Source of the DNA: Alkalihalobacterium alkalicellulosilyticum
GTDB lineage: Bacteria > Bacillota > Bacilli > Bacillales > Bacillaceae_F
NCBI RefSeq assembly: GCF_002019795.1
Contig: NZ_KV917381.1
Coordinates: 2,324,068 to 2,388,067 of the forward strand
DNA length: 64,000 bases
Direction: 5' to 3'
Part shown: positions 60,221-64,000 of the stretch, piece by piece
Position numbering within the stretch: the stretch's first letter is position 1
Layout: each line of letters starts with the position of its first letter
Program-made: the position numbers and the translations under genes
Notes under the pieces: model-generated
The model's database searches: none
Told to the model about the DNA's origin: nothing
The model's input: only the letters and a program-made list of their open reading frames with translations

Positions 60221-61350
60221 CAAAAACGGGTCTTTTAAAGGAAATTTACTTGTTGCGGAGCGTCGCATGCTTATGCATTGTGTTTTTACATGCAGTTGCT
60301 CTTGGATTAGAATCCGTTACAACGCTATCGGTAGTTAGAATAGTATTTGATTCCGTTAATATCTTATTGTACTTTGGGACACCGTTGTTTATCTTTATCT
60401 CTGTGTTTATTCTCGCTTATTCATATCGGAATCGAAACATACCTGAGGCATTTTTGCAAAAACGGATTACCTATATTTTTATCCCATTTTTAGCAATGGC
60501 TTTCTTCTATTCCATTCCCCATGCCTCTTCACTAGAAGCTTGGGGAGTAAAATTACTAATGAATGCAGTGGTTGGTGATTTTCATGGGTACTTCGTTTTA
60601 ATTATTTTTCAATTTTATATCCTTCACTTGCTACTGCATACATTCTTGAAAAGAACGAATCCATATGTTGTAATTAGTGTTTCTCTTATCATAAATGGGT
60701 TGTATTTGAGCATCTTTCATTTCACAACACCACCCGATTCTCCATATGCCACATACATCTGGGAACGATTTTATTGGGTCCCTTTCTTTGGATGGTTGTT
60801 TTATTATAGCCTCGGCTTTTACTGTGGCTATCATTATAAAAGCTTTAGAGCGTTTCTTCATCGGATAAAATACGTGATTATTGTCGCTCCTATTGTTTCA
60901 AGTTTTCTATTGTTATCCTTTTATCACTTTGAAGTCATTACTGTTCATAGCTCTAAAAGGATCGACCTCTTATTTCACACAACAGCCGTTGGTTTTTTCC
61001 TTTTTTATATTGCAACACGAGTAAAAAAAATACCTCCTTTGCTCATCATCGTTAGTCAATATTCGTTTGGTATTTATTTGTTGCACATGTTTTATATACA
61101 CTTAGTTGGAACCATTCTCTCATTCGTTTCGATACAGGTCGGTATTCTTTATATCCCATTTTTGTTTCTTTTTAGTCTAATAAGTTCCGTTATCACAGTC
61201 CATTATCTCTCTAAATTGAAATATGGAGTGTATATTGTAGGAAAGATTGGAGCTAGATATCAAGTTGATAAAATCGGCTCAATAAAACCAAAAGAAAAAC
61301 AAAAAAACAAAATAAAAAGAGCATTTTCCATACAATACAAAGGGAGATAA
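60217..61350 (+). CDS. acyltransferase-3 family membrane protein
   Basis: about 10 TM, N-terminal LRSVACLCIVFLH acyltransferase_3 signature; overlaps upstream gene by 4 nt. Confidence 0.7.
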   Translation: MTKTGLLKEIYLLRSVACLCIVFLHAVALGLESVTTLSVVRIVFDSVNILLYFGTPLFIFISVFILAYSYRNRNIPEAFLQKRITYIFIPFLAMAFFYSIPHASSLEAWGVKLLMNAVVGDFHGYFVLIIFQFYILHLLLHTFLKRTNPYVVISVSLIINGLYLSIFHFTTPPDSPYATYIWERFYWVPFFGWLFYYSLGFYCGYHYKSFRAFLHRIKYVIIVAPIVSSFLLLSFYHFEVITVHSSKRIDLLFHTTAVGFFLFYIATRVKKIPPLLIIVSQYSFGIYLLHMFYIHLVGTILSFVSIQVGILYIPFLFLFSLISSVITVHYLSKLKYGVYIVGKIGARYQVDKIGSIKPKEKQKNKIKRAFSIQYKGR

Positions 61351-61381
61351 AAAAGTTTGGTTTCTAACTTTTTTATCTCCC
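61342..61381 (+). terminator. intrinsic terminator (16-bp perfect stem gggagataaaaaagtt / aacttttttatctccc)
   Basis: overlaps the stop codon of the acyltransferase gene. Confidence 0.65.
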
Positions 61382-61475
61382 TTCGCAAAGTGCGAACTGT
61401 AGCATCTTTTAAGCCTACTATGAATGGGGTTGGCATAGTAGGCTGGCAACATGGTGAGCCATTGCCACCCTATAA

Positions 61476-61510
61476 AGTTTGGTTTCTAACTTTTTTATCT
61501 CCCTTCGCAA
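61476..61510. repeat. second copy of 35-nt segment agtttggtttctaacttttttatctcccttcgcaa (first copy 61354-61388)
   Basis: exact 35-nt direct repeat about 120 nt apart, second copy abuts the stop of the minus-strand serine hydrolase gene. Confidence 0.7.
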
Positions 61511-61521
61511 TGGGACTGTTG

Positions 61522-62595
61522 TTATTTATGTTCTAGTTTTGCGTCTAATATAAACTGGATTAGTGTTAACCTTTCTGTTTGTGAGACACCCCGAATGGGT
61601 AATCGAAATCTTCCTTTATCTGAGTCAACTCGATGTACAATGACTAGCTTCTCACTAGGAATCACATCGATAGACTGACCAAACCTTCCGACAGCTGAAT
61701 ACATGCCTAACTCCCTAAAAGGACCATCAGTTGCGACCCACCACATGTACCCATAATCATAAGTTTGATTTTCTGGTACACGTATTTGAACCGATGTACT
61801 TTCCTTAATCCACTGTTGAGGGATAATTTGCTTACCATTCCAACTCCCGTTTTGTAAGAATAATTGTCCAAAGCGTGCCATATCTCGTGCTGACATCCGA
61901 AACAAGTAAGCTGGATGTATCGATTTATTTTCTACGTTTCGATAACTTGTATCTGTTAAAGAAAAATCCTCCATTTCTAATGGGGATGCGATTTTCTCAT
62001 AAAACTCCTGAAATAAATCTTTATTCGTTTGTTTATTAAATATCGTTCCCAGCACATTAAAATCCCAGTTATTGTAATAAAAGAAACCTCCTGGCGGATG
62101 ACTCTCACGTTGTGGCCGATTTTGAATCATGTTCCTTGTTTCTTCGGCAGAAGGAATATAAACTCCTGAACTTGACGTCATTAGGTCACGAATAGATGCT
62201 TGTTTTTCTTGAATCGTCAATTCAGGTATGTCACTAATGGCAAGTTGATGAAGAGTATCGTTCAAATGTATATGATGGATACCATAAAGAGAACTTAAAA
62301 AGCTCTTTCTGACAGAATGAGCATTTGTATTTTTTGTAACATTGCCCCAACTTAACAGGACTTTCCCATCATATACAACAAATAACGCGGTTGAGTTTAG
62401 TGAGTTGAAATAGTCCTTTGCAACCTCTATTTTTTCTTCTGACCAATTCACACCTTCAAGGCTTTTGTGGTATTTCCATGTTGACTCCTGAGTAAATGGA
62501 AGAACGGTCGCCACTTGTTCACGTTGTTTAATAATGAGTGTCAAAACAATCATCAACATTACGATTGCTAGCATAATCTTTTTGTTTACTATCAC
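61522..62595 (-). CDS. serine hydrolase, beta-lactamase/transpeptidase-like (class C-type)
   Basis: signal anchor; SVRK (SxxK) and YYN (YxN) motifs. Confidence 0.7.
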   Translation of the reverse strand: MIVNKKIMLAIVMLMIVLTLIIKQREQVATVLPFTQESTWKYHKSLEGVNWSEEKIEVAKDYFNSLNSTALFVVYDGKVLLSWGNVTKNTNAHSVRKSFLSSLYGIHHIHLNDTLHQLAISDIPELTIQEKQASIRDLMTSSSGVYIPSAEETRNMIQNRPQRESHPPGGFFYYNNWDFNVLGTIFNKQTNKDLFQEFYEKIASPLEMEDFSLTDTSYRNVENKSIHPAYLFRMSARDMARFGQLFLQNGSWNGKQIIPQQWIKESTSVQIRVPENQTYDYGYMWWVATDGPFRELGMYSAVGRFGQSIDVIPSEKLVIVHRVDSDKGRFRLPIRGVSQTERLTLIQFILDAKLEHK

Positions 62596-62638
62596 AAAAC
62601 CATCCTTTTTGTCATAGATTCCTTATACTACTCTCACT

Positions 62639-62998
62639 TTAGACATAAAAAATGTAGACTAAACAAAAGATAAAGGCCATAATCATAACACTAGACATAA
62701 GAATAATGAGCAAATTAGAAGAATAAAACGTTTGTTCATTTATTGTTTTTCGATTTCGATAATATTGAATCGTTGAGATAACAATCGTTGCTACTCCTAC
62801 ACAAAAAGTAAAAGTACAAAAAACAATGGCTATCGTGTCACTTAATACTTCTGTCATCGTTGTATTAAAGTGAAGACTTGCTACTAAAAAACCAATACCG
62901 ATTAATGCAATACTTGTCCGTATCCATGCTAAATATGTTCGCTCATTGGCCAGATGTTGTTGAATGTATTTAGATTCGACCGTTGTTCCCTTTTCCAT
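62639..62998 (-). CDS. DUF202 (YidH) family membrane protein
   Basis: LANERTYLAWIRTSIAL signature; RBS ggggg before MEKGTT. Confidence 0.65.
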   Translation of the reverse strand: MEKGTTVESKYIQQHLANERTYLAWIRTSIALIGIGFLVASLHFNTTMTEVLSDTIAIVFCTFTFCVGVATIVISTIQYYRNRKTINEQTFYSSNLLIILMSSVMIMAFIFCLVYIFYV

Positions 62999-63186
62999 CA
63001 GTTTCCCCCAAGAAGAATGGCAAAGTCTCATTGAAATCTGATACTCGAAACCCTGCCTTCGATTTGTAACCATTTTTGAAAAACATATATATTTATATAT
63101 AGATTACTCCTAAAAAAAACTACTCAAAACTAGAGTAGGACATAAAACGATCATAACAAAGGTATATATTTCATTTCAAGTAAATG

Positions 63187-64000
63187 CTACTCGGCAAATT
63201 TCCCATCACGAAAGTCTTGGTAGGCTTGTTTAATTTCTTCTTCTGTATTCATTACGAATGGCCCTCTCGCCACAACAGGCTCGTTGAGAGGCAATCCAAC
63301 GTACACAAGCAACTTAAGTTCTTCTTTGGAAGTCATTTTAATTGTACTCTTGTCACCTTGGGCACGTTCTAACCACAAAACCTCCCCTTGTGTTCCAACA
63401 GTATTGTCCTTTCCGAAAGATCCGCTTCCTTCAAGGATATATATAAATCCGTTATATTCACTTGGTAATGCCTCAACTATTGTTTTATTCTCTTCAAAGC
63501 TACATTCAAGCATTGTAATCGGCACATAATTTTTAGTAGCCGCAGTAACTTCACCTGACTGACCTGAGATGACACGAATAGTTACTCCATCCTCTTGTCG
63601 AGTAGGAATATCATTCGTCTTAAGATTTTGGTATCTTGGCTCAACCATCTTGTTATCTCTCGGTAAATTCACCCAAAGCTGAAGAGAGTGAACGACCACT
63701 CCTTCTGCTGGTTCTTCTGCATGTAATACTCCCTTTCCAGCTGTCATCCATTGTGTTTCCCCTGCTATGATTTCCCCACTGCCCGCTTTGTTATCATAAT
63801 GCTCGAGCTTTCCATCGATCACGTATGTAACCGTTTCAATTCCTCGGTGTGGATGGAGACCAAATGTTCCTCGCTCAAACCAATCTTCTGCTAGTAATAA
63901 AAATGGGTCATATTCGCTCCAATGACCTGGCTCAAGTAATAAAGCAGATGAATGACTTGAACTATTCTTTTTTTTGTGTGGCTTCCACTTTCTTTGTATC
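63187..64000 (-). CDS. pirin family protein, 5' end runs off window
   Basis: HPHRGIETVTYVIDG motif found by extending reading frame upstream of the called ATG; ORF open to window end. Confidence 0.8.
   Translation of the reverse strand, partial: IQRKWKPHKKKNSSSHSSALLLEPGHWSEYDPFLLLAEDWFERGTFGLHPHRGIETVTYVIDGKLEHYDNKAGSGEIIAGETQWMTAGKGVLHAEEPAEGVVVHSLQLWVNLPRDNKMVEPRYQNLKTNDIPTRQEDGVTIRVISGQSGEVTAATKNYVPITMLECSFEENKTIVEALPSEYNGFIYILEGSGSFGKDNTVGTQGEVLWLERAQGDKSTIKMTSKEELKLLVYVGLPLNEPVVARGPFVMNTEEEIKQAYQDFRDGKFAE

Noticed and set aside
61354-61510. Possible CRISPR array (direct repeats)
   Set aside because: There are only two repeat copies, the repeat is part of a terminator hairpin, the single spacer is itself hairpin-rich, and no cas genes are nearby.

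Overview
This window looks like a low-GC Firmicute (Bacillus-like) chromosomal region. All calls rest on motifs I recognise in the supplied ORF translations and on sequence I read by hand; nothing was searched. Coordinates for features not in the ORF track (small ORFs, regulatory sites, repeats) were derived manually and may be off by 1-3 nt; my own hand mapping disagreed with the ORF track by 1 nt when I cross-checked around 33418.

Genes I can support:
- a Med-like BMP lipoprotein next to a Kin-type sporulation sensor kinase
- pentose-phosphate genes gntK, gnd and zwf
- ilvE with ppnP, and ilvD
- a CdaR-family regulator, a DJ-1 protein and the glcD/glcF glycolate oxidase
- a MoxR / DUF58 / DUF4129 triad followed by a membrane PP2C phosphatase
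- the pspA-ydjGHI envelope-stress operon with a sigma-W-type promoter
- one IS200/IS605 tnpA element
- a GGDEF-EAL sensor, an AbrB-family membrane protein, a YhfW-like Rieske flavoprotein and helD
- a putative quinone-detox operon (WrbA-type oxidoreductase, VOC dioxygenase, carboxylesterase) preceded by two MhqR-box-like palindromes
- an OmpR/HisKA two-component system with an upstream lipoprotein
- a PAP2 + acyltransferase-3 pair, a class-C-like serine hydrolase, a DUF202 protein and a truncated pirin

Things worth a second look:
- a 1405-aa cytoplasmic TPR protein with an embedded papain-like C39_2 peptidase domain
- a three-copy dispersed hairpin repeat with an invariant TTTTCAGTGGCTTC 3' flank
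- a perfect 10-bp inverted-repeat operator right after a consensus sigma-A promoter
- a frameshifted YqcI/YcgG gene
- two small uncalled ORFs: a 48-aa hydrophobic peptide and a 58-aa Cys-rich peptide
- a duplicated terminator arm at 61354-61510

I found no CRISPR array and no rRNA or tRNA genes.
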